A stretch of DNA of 64,000 nucleotides from Callorhinchus milii (taxonomy: Eukaryota), in assembly GCF_018977255.1 (NCBI RefSeq), contig NW_024704742.1:57786001-57850000 (forward strand). The letters are read 5' to 3'. How positions within the stretch are numbered: the stretch's first letter is position 1; every line of letters begins with the position of its first letter. Shown one piece after another: positions 35,195 to 48,303 of the stretch. A model generated the notes under the pieces. The model saw only the letters and a program-made list of their open reading frames with translations, had not been told where the DNA came from and made no database searches. A program made the translations under genes and the position numbers.

Positions 35195-36083
35195 CCAAAT
35201 AGAATTTTGGAAGTGCAGAAGAGATTTGGAAAAGGAAAGATTGTACGAAAAAAGGGTAGCGGGTAACATTAAAGGGAATTCTAAAATATTTTACAAATAT
35301 ATCAAGAAAAAAAGGCTAGTCAAAGATAGGGTGGGGCCAATTAAGGACCAAGGGGGAAATCTTATTGTGGAGGCAGAGGGCATGGCTGATGTACTGAATG
35401 AGTACTTTGCATCTGTCTTCACAAAACAAGTGGATGCACCAAATGCCGCAGTATCGGAGGAGAGGGTAGAGGAAATGGATAGGATAAGTATAAACAGAGA
35501 GGAAATGCTGAAAAGGTTGACTGCGCTGAAGGTAGATAAGTCGCCCGGTCCGGACGGGATGCAACCAAGGTTACTATGGGAGGCAAGGGTACAAATAGCG
35601 GAGGCTTTGGCTACAATTTTTCAATCTTTGTTGGACACCAGGAGTGGTGCCAGAGGACTGGAGAGTGGCCAATGTGACTCCCCTGTACAAAAAGCGACAG
35701 AAGGACAAACCTGGGAGATACAGACCAGACAGCCTAACATAAGTAGTGGGTAAACTCCTGGAGACTATAATCCGGGACAGAATAAATCTTCACTTAGAAG
35801 AATATGGGTTAATTAGGGACAGCCAGCACAGATTTCTTAAAGGCAGATTTTGTCTAACAAATCTAATAGAATTTTTCGATGAGGTAACGGAGAGGGTGGA
35901 TAAAGGTAGTGCAGTTGATGTAGTTTACATGGACTTTCAAAAGGCGTTTGACAAAGTGCCACATGAAAGACTTGTAAGAAAGATAGAAGCCCATGGTATA
36001 AAAGGGACAGTGGCAGCATTGATCCAGAACTGGCTGGGAGACAGAAAGCAGAGAGTTGTGGTGAACGGCTGCTATTCTGACTG
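35195..36083 (+). mobile_element. CR1 internal fragment, cut off by L2 copy B
   Basis: NIKGNSKIFYKYI, LNEYFASVFT, KSPGPDG, YMDFQKAFDKVPH, RKQRVVVNG. Confidence 0.9.
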
Positions 36084-39000
36084 AAAAAAAACCCCTCTGC
36101 GCCCCCCCGGAGCTCGCATCAGAGACCACCATGGTCCTGTTGGGTTGGCTGCCCCAGCCCAGCCTATGGGCTAATGCCATCCACCTGACCGCTCACTCCC
36201 GGTCCCCGCATGCACATTATGGCTGCTGCTCTGACCCGAGCCCCGTCACCCCCTCCCTCCCTCCCCCCACTCTCTCCTCTCAAACCCTTCCCTCTCTCCA
36301 TCTCTCCCGCTCTGTCCTCCTCTCTCTCCATCCCCCTTGCCTTCTATCCTCACTTGACCCTCCCACAACCTCCCTCTGTTCCAGGCTGGGAATCCTCCGC
36401 CGGGCTCACCGTGGCACTCGGCATTGGCTGTCCAGCAGCAGCCACACCGACTGCCCCATTCCCCACCACACTCGCCACCCACCCCGGACACACACCCGGG
36501 GAGCCAACCTCTCCTCCCTCATCCCCATTCCCCCCACCCCTGCATCACAACCTGGACGCACCTCTCTCCCCACACACCCTTCTGTCAATCGCTCCCTCCA
36601 CATCGGACTACAAAACGTCCGCTCCCTCTGTAACAAGGCCCTGGTCATCAACGATCTCATCCTTGATGAGAGCGTTAACATCATGGCCTTAACGGAAACC
36701 TGGCTCACCCCAGGCGACACCATCCCCCTCACAGAGACCACACCACCCGGCTACACATCCCACCACATCCCTCGCCCCAACCACCGTGGCGGTGGTGTAG
36801 CCCTTATCTCAACGACACCACTTGCCCTATCCCCCTACAACACTGGCTCTTTCCTCTCTTTTGAGCACCTCACTCTCTCCCACCCCTCCTTCCTCTCACT
36901 CAAAATCTTCCTCCTCTACCGGCCCCGTAAAACCTCTCCCACCTTCATCTTCGATATTTCTACACTACTTACATCTCTCTGCCTCTGCTCTGATCGCCTC
37001 ATCATCCTAGGTGACTTCAACCTGCACTTCACCCCCTCCTGCTCCATCTCCTCGGACTTCTCCTCCCTGCTCTCCTCGCTCAACCTCTCCCTCCACAGCA
37101 ACTCTGCCACTCACAGTCACGGCCACCCACTCGATTTGGTGATCACCCGGGGCCTCAGTGTCTCGGATGTCACTATCAACGACAAGGCCGTCTCCGATCA
37201 TCACTTCATCTTCTTCACCATATCCATCCCCTTCCCCACCTCCACCAGACCCACCACCATCTTCTACCGCCCCTGGAAGAAGTTACCCCCAAAATCCCTA
37301 ACCGCTGCCTTGGAGTCCTCTGAACTCCTCTCCCTCTGGCCTTCAACCCTCAATGACCCCTCTTCTGCTCTCACTCTCCTCCACAACACCCTCTCCTCCA
37401 CACATGACACTCTTGCCCCCATCACCTCCCGTACTGTCTCCTACTCTCGCTCCTCCCCCTGGTTCACCACCCACCTCCGCTCACTGAAGAGCCAGGTGCG
37501 GGCCGCTGAACGGACCTGCGTCAAATCTGGCCTAACGGTCCACCGACAAATCTGGCTGGAACTCCTCAAAATTTACCGCTCCACTCTAGCCTCGGCCAAA
37601 TCATTCTTCTACTCCAGGATAATCCTGGAGGCGAAGAACAACCCCAGGCTACTGTTTTCTACCACATCCCGAATCCTCCGTCCCCCCCGCCACCCCGCGC
37701 AGGTCATCTCCTCCAAACTTCACTACGAGGAGATGCTGGATTTCCTTGAATCCAAGATCAAGGGAATTCGCTCCGCGGTCACTTCCCCTCCAACATCCAC
37801 CCACCCCCCAACCCCTCCCTTCCACACTCCGACTCCTACCCATCCTCCCCTACACACTTTCGTACCTGTTTCCCCACCCTCTGTCACCAAACTCATCCTA
37901 TCCCTGAAACCCACCACTTCTTCCCTTGACCCCATCCCCACTCCACTCCTTATCTCCCAGCTCCACCTCCTTGCCCCACATATCACAGACATCGTCAACC
38001 TGTCCCTCTCCTCTGGCTCCTCGTCCTCCTCGACCTATCGGCAGCATTCAATACGGTCGACCATGCTATCCTCCTCCACCGCTTGCCCTCCCACCTCAAC
38101 CTTCAAGACCCTGCCCTTGAGTGGTTTAGTCGTACCTCTCCCACCATCTTCACTTTGTTTCCACGAATGGTTTTTCCTCCACCCTCGCACTCATGCGGTG
38201 TCCCTCAAGGCTCTGTCCTCGGTCCCTTCCTCTTCACCCTCTATATGCTCCCCTTTGGTGACATCATCCGCAGACATGGGGTCAACTTCCACGTGTATGC
38301 GGATGACACCCAACTCTACCTTTCCTCCTCTACCCTCAACTCCACGACCACCGATGTCCTGACAGCTGCCTGTCCGACATCGAGTCCTGGACGAGAGACA
38401 ACTTTCTTCAGCTCAACGTACGCAAAACTGAGGCCCTCCTGATTGGCTCACGTCAGCGCCTCCGCACCTCAGGAGCTGACAGCATCAGCATCCAAGGCTG
38501 CACTCTCCACCTCTCAAAGCCGGTCAGGAACCTCGGGGTTCTGTTCGACCCTGAGCTGTCCTTTTTCCCTCATATCCGCGCCACAACTGGCACCGCCTTC
38601 CATCACCTCCGGAATGTCGCCAGACTACGGCACTACCTCACCCCTCACGCGGCTGAAACTCTGGTCCACGCCCTTATCACCTCAAGGCTGGACCATGGGA
38701 ACTCTCTCCTCGCCGGCCTTCCCGGCACCTCCCTCCACAAGCTGCAGGTCATTCAGAACTCTGCAGCTCGTGTACTGTCCCGCACCAGGCTTCGCGACCA
38801 CATCACTCCTACCCTTGCTCGCCTCCACTGGCTCCCCATCCCCCAGAGGATCGATTTCAAGATCCTCATCCTCACCTACAAGGCCATTCATGGCCTTGCT
38901 CCCTCCTACCGCTCCGACCTACTATCCCCCTACCTACGTGCCCGTGCCCTCCGTTCCTCTGGCTCCGGTCTGCTCCAAATCCCCCGCCCCAACCGCCCTA

Positions 39001-39293
39001 CCATCGGTAGCCGGGCCTTCAGCCTCTCAGCCCCTAGGCTTTGGAACTCCAACCCCCAGTGCCTTCGCCACCTCTTCCCTTTCCTCCTTCAAGGCTGGTC
39101 TGAAGACCTTTCTCTTTGACCGTGCCTTCAGCTACCCTCTCGTCTCTCTACCCCCTCCTCGCTCCTCCCTTCCCTCCCCTCACCCTGATCATTTCCCCCC
39201 TGCTCGGGTCCTGACCCAACTGTCCAGCGCCTAGTGATGTCCTCCCGACGTGAAAGGCGCTCTATAAGTGGAATCTTGTTGTTGTTGTTGTTG
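36084..39293 (+). mobile_element. L2 copy B: nearly full length, with a 280-bp internal deletion and frameshifts
   Basis: ORF 36131-38362 aligns with copy A. Starts at the 5'-UTR A-run and ends in the stem-loop plus (TTG)n. Confidence 0.93.
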
Positions 39294-39310
39294 TATGATT
39301 CTATGATTCT

Positions 39311-40085
39311 ACAACAACAACTTGGATTTATATAGCGCCCTCCACCCCGGACGGCATCTCAGAGTGCTTTACAGTTTTGGATCCTGGGACCGAGCCAAGG
39401 GCGAGGGGTGAGAAGGTGACCGAAGATGCGGTCGAAAAGAAAGGTCTTTAGCAGAGACCTGAAAATGGGAAGAGTGGGAGCAAGAAGAAGGGAGTGAGGA
39501 AGGCAGTTCCAGAGCCTCGGGGCATAGTGGCTGAAGGCACGGCCACCGAGGGTGGAGTGGAGGACTTGGGGGATAAGGAGGAGGCCAGACCCAGAGGAAC
39601 GAAGGCAACGGGTACTGTGCTGAGGGAGAGAGATCAAAGAGGTAGGGGGGTGCAGAGGAGTGCAGGGACCTGAATACAAGGGTGAGGATCTTGAAATCGA
39701 TCCTCTCAGGGATAGGCATCCAGTGCAGTCTGGCAAGGACTGGGGTGATCGGGGAACGGAGTTTCATGTGAGTGAGAATGCGGGCGGCAGAGTTCTGAAT
39801 GAGTTGGATTTTATGGATGGTAGTGGATGGGAGACCAGCGAGGAGGGCATTGGAGTAGTCCAGCCGAGAAGTGACAAAGGCATGGACCAGAGTTTCAGCT
39901 GTCTTTTGGGAGAGGTATTGGTGGAGACGGGCGATGCGTCGGAGGTGGAAGAAAGCGGTACTGGTGAGGGACTGGATGTGAGGGAAGAATAATAATTGGG
40001 GGTCGAACCTGACGCCTAGGTTGCATACGGTTTCAGAGAGTTTTAGGGGGAAGTTGGGTCGGTGGAGGAGGTATAAACCGTGAGA
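39311..40085 (-). mobile_element. L2 3' fragment of a second subfamily, tail-to-tail with copy B
   Basis: The 240-aa frame NLGVRFDPQL...SRLDYSNALLAGLP...LHWMPIPERIDFKIL is still open; (TTG)n tail. Confidence 0.88.
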
Positions 40086-40459
40086 TTTCACCTTGCCTTA
40101 CCTTTATTTTGACTTTTGTTTCACAATAAGATCTATTTTGTGATATCTGTATCTGCAAACTGCACTCCATGCATTAATTCTGAGTTCCAGTTGCTAAATT
40201 TGTGATTTTTGAATTGTGAATTCGAAAGCAGATAAAAAGCAAGAAAACAAACTGCAGAGCACGTTACATATCTGGCAAGAATTTTTACAGCAATGGAGGG
40301 AGAAGAGACAATATTTAATGAGGTCCAGGTTCATAGCTAATTATTTTATGTTACTTTAATTCATTTATTGTTCCTTTAAACTTTCCTGCCACGTTTGTCT
40401 AACATTCCAGCCGTCACTGAGCTCAAATCAAAACTGAGTTCACTCTCTGTAACTGTCCG

Positions 40460-42172
40460 TAAATTCTGTAAAGAAGACACAACAAGTCTGCCAACAATAG
40501 AGATATTCCAAGGGGATAAGTATAGTGAGCAACTTAAGGAAATTTTCATTAGTAGAGAATTGGTGTTAGGGAAACTGTTAGCACTAAAAAGTGACAAATC
40601 CTCTGGTCCGGATGGCTTGCATCCCAGGGTTTTAAAATTGGTAGCTTATGAGATAGTGGAGGCCTTGTGTCTGATCTTCCAAAATTCCTTGGATTCTGGA
40701 ACAGTCCCCATGGATTGGAAGATTGCAAATGTCACACCACTATTTAAAAAAGGTGGAAAGGAAAAGATGAGGAACTATAGGCCAGTTAGTCTCACATCAG
40801 TGATCGGAAAAATTTTAGAATTATTGATTAAGGATGTGGTAGTGCAGTATTCAGGGGAGCACAATATAATTAGGCCAAGTCAACATGGCTTTACAAAAGG
40901 GAAGTCATGTTTGACAAATCTCATAGAGTATTTTTAGGATATTTCCAGTAAACTAGATAAGGGTGTATCAGTGGATGTGGTCTATTTGGACTTCCAGAAG
41001 GCATTCGATAAGGTGCCGCATAAAAGGTTATTCCAAAAGATAAGGGCCGATGGAGGAGCATAGTAACGTGGATTGGGGAATGGTTAACGGGTAGGAAACA
41101 AAGAGTAGGTATAAACGGGTCCTTTCCAGATTGGTGGGATGTGACTAGTGGAGTGCCACAAGGATCAGTCCTTGGGCCTCAGCTATTTACCATCTACATC
41201 AACGATCTAGATGAGCACATTGAAGTTAATATGTCTAAATTTGCGGATGACACAAAACTAGGAGGAAGTGTCAACACAGAGGATGACAGTAAAAAAATGC
41301 ATCGAGACATAGATAGGTTAGGTGATTGGGCAGGTAGGTGGCAGATGAAGTATAATGTAGGGAAGTGCAAAGTCATCCACCTAGGTAGCAAAAGCAGTAG
41401 AGCGGGTTATTTTTAGAAGGGGAGAGATTGGAATGTGTTAGCGTCCAGAGGGACTTGGGTGTCCTTGTACACCAATCACAGAAAGTTAGTCTGCGGTGCA
41501 GCAGCAATTAGGAAGGCGAACTGGTATGTTAGCATTCATTATGAAAGGATTAGAGTATAAGAGTAAGGAAGTCTTACTGCAACTGTATAGGGCCCTGGTG
41601 AGACCACACCTGGAATACTGTGTGCAGTTTTGGTCTCCTTATTTAAAGAAGGATGTACTTGCTTTGGAGGGGATGCAGCATAGATTTACTGGGTTAGTAC
41701 CAGGGATGAAGGGGATGAGTTACGAGGATAGGCTGACCAATTTGGGCCTATATTCTCTAGAATATAGAAGAATTAGAGGGGATCTTATAGAAACCTATAA
41801 GATCATCAAAGGGCATGATAGAGTAGATAGTGGGAGATTGTTTCTCTTGGTTGGAGAAACTAAAACCAGGGATCACAACCTTAAAATCAGAGGCCAGCCT
41901 TTCGCACTGAGTTGAGGAAGAACTTCTTCACTCAAAGGGTGGTGAATGTATGGAACTGACTACCCCAAAGGGCTGTTGACGCTCAGTCCTTGAACATGTT
42001 CAAGACTGAGATAGATAGATTTCCTATTGCAAAAGGGATTAAGGGATATGAGGATAAGGCAGGGTTAGGTTATTAGCTGGAGTTAGATTGGAAGATCAGC
42101 CATGATTGAATGGCAGGGCAGGCTCGAAGGGCCGAATGACCTTTCCTGCTCCTACGTGTTATGTTATGTTAT
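40460..42172 (+). mobile_element. CR1 3' fragment
   Basis: [64 protein letters not shown]; (TTATG)n tail. Confidence 0.92.
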
Positions 42173-42727
42173 TGCAACAGGCGTGACAGTGGGTTAGGCT
42201 ACTCAACAATTACAATTATGTTTTGTACATTGCCATCAATGAGTATAAAGGGATTATAATCTGGTGAAATAACAAGTTCCATTGTCATCAAAACAATTAA
42301 TATGTCAGTGACTTTTTGCTTGACAGACCTCCCTTCTCATCATTCCCTCACAATTTCATTGAAATGCTTGTAGCACCCGCCTCTGCTTTTCTTTAAGGTG
42401 ATGTGAGCTCACTCCTTGCCACTAGGTTTGTTCTATTTATGCAGCATTTTAGAGTTTCCAGAGTCCAGTGATTCATTGAGTTCTGCCTTACCTTCGAAGT
42501 TGGTTTTCTTTGGGTTGTTAAAAAAGTTTAGAGGATAATAACATAAAAATTAAGAATGTACTTTAGAATTTGTAAAAGTCTGAAATGCAACATAAAATTG
42601 AGTTTCTCCCCAGAAATACTCTTCCCATTGTTATAAAATATGCTTTAAAGGAATGTAAGCCAAAAAAACAGTCATTCCAGTATGGAAGACAGAGGAAGCT
42701 TCTCACTGTTTGTGTGTCAACCCACAT

Positions 42728-42975
42728 CAGTTGGTAGCACTCTCAACTTTGAATTAGAAGGTGGTGGGTTTGAGCCCAACATCAGGACTTTGATTTTAAA
42801 ATCTTGATTGGCATTGCATATGCAGTGCTGGGGGATTGTTGCATTGTTGAAGATGTGGTTGTAGATGAGACATTAAACTGAGGTCCTGTCTGCCTGTTCA
42901 GATGTTAACAATCCCATTTACTCTATTTGAAAAGAGAAGAGAGTTTCTTTTGTTTTCGTGGCCAGCATTGCCATT
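42728..42975 (+). mobile_element. DeuSINE/SacSINE1-like SINE, 5' part
   Basis: cagttggtagcactctc...gatgagacattaaactgaggtcctgtctgcctgttcag...cccat..ctatttgaaaagag. Confidence 0.65.
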
Positions 42976-43054
42976 GTCGGCAAATAAATAGCAAATGAAC
43001 GTTAATGCAGAAAAAACTAAGCAATTCACTTTGGCATGAAAATTAAACAAGCTG

Positions 43055-46000
43055 ATTATAGTCCATGGTCGCGAATCAGCGAGAGGTGGGACCTCGGGAA
43101 ACCACGGGAAACCGAGCAGGAGACGCGAGGAGCAAGGGTCGAAGGTTTGGGTTGATGAAAGCCAGGTGGGGTTGGCTGCGGGCGGGCACCTGCAGGGTGA
43201 GAAATTTCAAATCTCCCGCCTGTATAACAGACGCGAGAGACAGCTGAGGCCATGGGTGGTTGAACTAGTGATGGTGAGCGACCGGCGAGGCAAAAGTTCA
43301 GGTTCAGCTTCTTCAGGCACGGAGATGCCATTTCAAAATCCCGCACCTGAAAAACAGCCGAATCTCGCTGCTGGATGTCAATTCCGGGTGCCATTTTCAA
43401 ATCTGCCAGAGTGGGGTAAGTATAGTGTATATTCTACTATCCTTCTGCTACCTTGTCCTCCCTTCCCTCCCATCTCTGGCACCTAAGCCATGACCGCCAT
43501 CCCTCCTGTCCTGTCCCGCACTGACTCCCGCAGCCTGTAGGCTGATGCTGCCCCGCTGATCGCGCGCTCCTGGTCTTTGCATGCACGTTTTGGCTGCTGC
43601 CCTGATCCAAACCGCTCGCCCCCTGAAAATGTTCCTGCTCCCAACCCCCATATTCTGTTATCCCACTCTGTCCTTCTCTCCCACCTCCCTCCTCACCTTC
43701 TCTCTCCTAGACCCCACCATTACCTCCCTCTGCTCTAGCCTGGGCATCCTCCATCCAACCCCTCATGGCTCCCAGCATTGGTTGTCCCAGAGCAGCCATC
43801 TCAACTGTCCCATCGTTTAATCTCTTCGCAGCAACCACCTTCGAAAGGCAAACTCTCCCCAACACTGTCTGCTCCTCAAATTCCATGATCATTTCCCTCA
43901 CGACCTCAAAACCTCTCTATACCTGAGCACATTGATATTTCTGAGCTTACAGAAACCTGGCTTGCCCCCAGTGACCCCATTCCCCTTGTTGAAGTCTCCT
44001 CTCCTGGCTACACCTTTCATCACCCACCCCGCCCCAACCAACGAGGTGGCAGGGTGAATCTCATCTCCCAAGCTTCTCACTATTTCTCTGGCTGTTTCTC
44101 CTCCTTTGAGCACCTCACCCTCTACCATCCCTCCTCTCTCTCCCTCAAAATCCCTCTAGATTACCACCCCCCAAACCTCCTGGCTCCTTCCTCACCAATA
44201 TCTCCTCTCATCCCTGTCCCTCTGCGCTGAACACCTGCTCATAATGGGTGATTTCAACCTCCACCTAAACTCCTCTTGCAGCACCTCCTCGGATTTCAAT
44301 GTCCTTCTCTCCTTCCTAAACCTCACCCGCTACATCGACTCGCCGACCCATCAATGTGGCCTCTCCCTTGACCTCATCATCACACATGGCCTTGACATTT
44401 CCGACCTGTCAATCACGGACAAGGCCATCTCGGACACTTCCTCATCTCCCCTTCCTCCAATATCCCCCTCCCCTCTTCCAAACCCTCCACCATTTTTTTC
44501 TGCCCTTGGAAAAAGCTTCCCCCTGAGTCCCTCACAAATCCCTTCTCTTCCTTGGACCTCCTCTCTCTCTAACCCTCCACCCGCAGCGATCCTGATGCAG
44601 CCATCAAGCTGCTCAATGACTGTCTCTCCACAACCTTCAATTCCTGGCTCCCCTAAAATGCAGTGTTGTTTCCAAACCCACATATTCCTCCTGGTATAAC
44701 AGTCACTCTGCTCACTCAAAACACAAACCCAGATGCTCGAGTGCAGAAGGCAGAAATCCAGCCTCACGATTTACCACCAGCTGTGGCTCGAGCACCTCCA
44801 CACCTACGCCCTCTCCCTTTCACAGATCAAGCTGAATTTTATTCCAAAGTCATCCTGGAGGCAAACAACAATCCAATAATGCTATTTTCCACCGTCCATC
44901 ACCTCCTCTGTGCAGCCCCTCAAGCCCCCTCTATCCTCACATCAAACGCCAAGTGAGAATGGGTTCTCGATTTATTTGCCTCAAAAATTGAAAACATACG
45001 CTTGGCTGCATCGTCCTCCCCCATCCTGTTCACTTCCACCCCACCCAGACCATCCACACCACCTTCCTCCTCCACCATGGCTCCTGCCACTCCACCTTCC
45101 TTAAACTCCTTTGCCCCCATTTCTCCCTCCTCCCTCTCAACCACAATCACCCAGATGAAGTTGACCACCTGCTACCTTGACCCCTTTGCCACCCAGCTGC
45201 TGGTCACTCAACTCCCACTTCTCTCCCCCCTGCTGGCCGACATGGTCAATCAGTCTCTCTCTCCTCAGGTTCCATTCCACTCCCCCTGAAAACCGTTGTC
45301 ATCAAACCTGTCCTCATAGAACGCACCCTCGATCCCTCTAATCTTGCACACTACTGTCCCATCTCCAACCTACACTTCCTTGCCAAAGTCTTGGAACACA
45401 TTGTTGCCGGTCAACTTCGGTCACACCTCTCTCTCCTCGAGCCCCTCCAGTCTGGTTTTTGCCCTGCCCACAGCATAGAGACAGCGCTTGTCAAAGTCAC
45501 AAATTACATTTTCTCTATCTCTGACCAGGATTCCCTCTGCCTCCTTGTCCTCCTGGATGTCTTTGCCGTGTTCGACACAGACGACCACGCCATCCTCCTC
45601 CACCGCCTCTCCACCCTCATCCAGCTTAGTGGGACCGCACTTGCATGGTTCGAGTCCTACTTAACCAACTCCATTCATTTCAGCAAGTGGTTTCTCCTCC
45701 CGCCCCCACTTGGTCACCTGGGGAGTATCCCAGGGCTCCATTCTTGGACCTCTTCTTTTCCTTTTCTATATGGTCCCTCTGGGTGATGTCATCCGCAGAC
45801 ATGGGGTAAACTTCCACTTGTATGCGGATGACACACCAATCTATTTTGCCTCCTTCAGTACCAACTCCAGGTCTGCTAATGTTCTATCAGCTTGTCTGGC
45901 AGATATCAAGGCCTGAATGAGTGTAAACTTCCTGCAGCTCGATATGGACAAGATGGAAGCCATTCTCCTTGGTTCCTGTCAGCATCTTCACTCCTATGGA

Positions 46001-47075
46001 TCTAAACTCCTCAACCTCCCTGGGCTCTCCCTCAGACTCACCGAACCAATGTGCAGACTAAACGTCCAGTTCAACGCCCAGCTGTCCTTCCTCCTCCACA
46101 TCCAGTCCCTAAACAGGACTGTTTTCTTCAAACTCCGCCACATTGCCTGCCTCTGACCGTAACTTACCCCCAAATGCTACCGAAACCCTTGTGCATGCAT
46201 TTGTCACCTCCTGCTTGAATTACTCCAACCCACTTCTCGCCTGTCTCCCCAGCTCCACTGTTCACAAGATCCAGCTCATTCAAAACTCTGCTGCTCGCAC
46301 ACTGACCTGGACCAAACTAGGTACCCATATCTCACTAGTTCTGGCTCCCCATCACTGAATGGATTAACTTCAAGATCCTCACTCTCATGTACAAATCCAT
46401 TCATTCCCTGGCACCTCTCTACCTCTCCAACCTCCTCACTCTCCAATCCACCATCTGGCACCTCCACTCCACTGGTACCAGCCTCCTGCTTGTCTATCAC
46501 ACCCTCCGCCCCATCATTTGAGGTTGTGCTTTCAGCCACTGTAACCCCAAACTCTGGAACACTCCCCCTCAATACCTCCGCCTTGCCCCCTCTCTCCTTT
46601 CTTTCAAGTCCTGCCTAAAAACTTTCCTGTTCGACTGCTTTGTGGAGTCCTGCAGCTCAGTGGTTAGAGCACTCACCTTGCAAGTGAGTCACCTGGGTTC
46701 AATTCCAGGCAGGGCGAAAGCTTGGGCAAGTTTCCTTACTCCACATGCCTAATAATAATCCCTTCAAAAATCAAAACAATAATAAATTGGTCATTTTTAA
46801 TCCACGACTGTTTGTGGGACACTGCTATGCGCAATTGGCTGCCGCGTTTCGCCCACAAATATATGATCAATTCACTTTACAGTCTATTCTGTGAAGTGCT
46901 TTGAGACATCGAGAAGACATGAAAACTTCTATATCAAATGCAAGGATTATTATTATTATTATCATTATGGCAACCTCCCGCCCAACTCAGAGTCAGGCTT
47001 CGCCACTGTTTAGTGCTCTGAGATGCTACCCTGCATGGAGGGTGCTATGTAAGTGCAAGTTGTTGTTCTTGTTTT
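43055..47075 (+). mobile_element. Older full-length L2 (copy D) with a CpG-rich 5' UTR; SINE inserted near the 3' end
   Basis: [56 protein letters not shown], many stops. The tail resumes at about 46967. Confidence 0.85.
46642..46966 (+). mobile_element. tRNA-Ala-derived SINE, short form
   Basis: Complete from head to (TTA)n tail. Confidence 0.9.
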
Positions 47076-47597
47076 TGATGGTGGGAACCAAAAATCTAAC
47101 TAATCTGAGCACTGAGAGACAAGCTTTACAACATTGCAAAATACCTATCATAGAATCATAGAATTATGCAGCACAAAACAGGAAATTCAGTCCATCATGT
47201 TTGTGCCAGCCCTTTGAAAAGAACTGTCAAAATTAACTCCTCTCCCCATAGCGCTGAAAACTTGTCCTTCCCAAATAATTATCTAGCTAATTATGGTAGG
47301 TTAAAAAATGTAATTTGACAATGAATGTTTTCACCTAACCTTTTTGAATGTCTGACTAACTGGTGATTAACCTCTGGGGTGGAGATGAGGCACGTAAGTG
47401 GGAAATGACTCCATTATAATTGGCAATGGAACTTTGGAATCAAGCCTATGTTTTGTGGCATCCTTTGGACACTACATTGTTAGTTCGGGTGGGTCCACAG
47501 TGCTCCAAGGCAAAGCTGACGATAATCCTAGCATTTGGTGTAGCGCCCTATTGTTGAGCCATCTCAAAGCGTTTCAGGGAATATAATGCATAGTGAG

Positions 47598-48303
47598 ATC
47601 ATAGAATCATAGAATCATACAGCACAGAAAGAAGCCATTCAGCCCATTGTGTCTGCACCGGCTCCTAAAGGAGCAATCCAACTCAATCCCACTGGATCGC
47701 TTTCTCTCCATAGCCCTGCAATCCTGTTCTCCCCAAATACCCATCTACTTCTCTCTTAAAAGTTGTTATTGAATCGGTTTCCACTACCATTTCAGGTAAT
47801 GGATTCCAGATCCGAACAACTCGCTGGGTGAAAAAATATTTCCTAACCTCCCCTCTGTTTCTTTTAACAACTATCTTAAATTGGTGTCCTTGGGTTACTA
47901 TAATATAATAATCCTTGCATTTGATATAGCGCTTTTCATATCTTCTAGACATCGCAAAGCGCTTCACAGAATATGCTGTAAAGTGAATTGACTGTATATT
48001 TGTGGGCGAAACACGGTAGCCATTTGCACACAGCAGTGTCCCACAAACAGTCTTGGATTGAAAATGACCAATTTATTATTTACTGACCCACATGCCTGTG
48101 GAAACAGTTTTTCTCGGTTCAACCTATCAAATCCTCTCATGATCTTGAAAACCTCTATTAAATCCCCTCTAAATTTTCTCTGGTCTAGGGAGAATAATCC
48201 CAGTTTCGCTAACCTCTCCTCATAACTGAAGTCCTATCCTGGTAAACTTCCTTTGCACCCTCTCCAATGCCCTAACCTCTTTCTAAAGTGAGGTGCCCAG
48301 ACT
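47598..48303 (-). mobile_element. CR1 3' fragment, nested in a SINE and itself interrupted by a SINE (47900-48080)
   Basis: (atcataga)n tail; TQGHQFKI...FFTQRVVRIWNPLP. Outer SINE halves at about 47540-47597 and 48305-48511. Confidence 0.8.

Noticed and set aside
36131..38362. 743-aa ORF as a host gene or intact L2 protein
   Set aside because: It is L2 copy B. The C-terminus is out of frame after the 280-bp deletion, and the N-terminal extension probably arises from a C-run frameshift, since copies A and D use the MAAAL frame.
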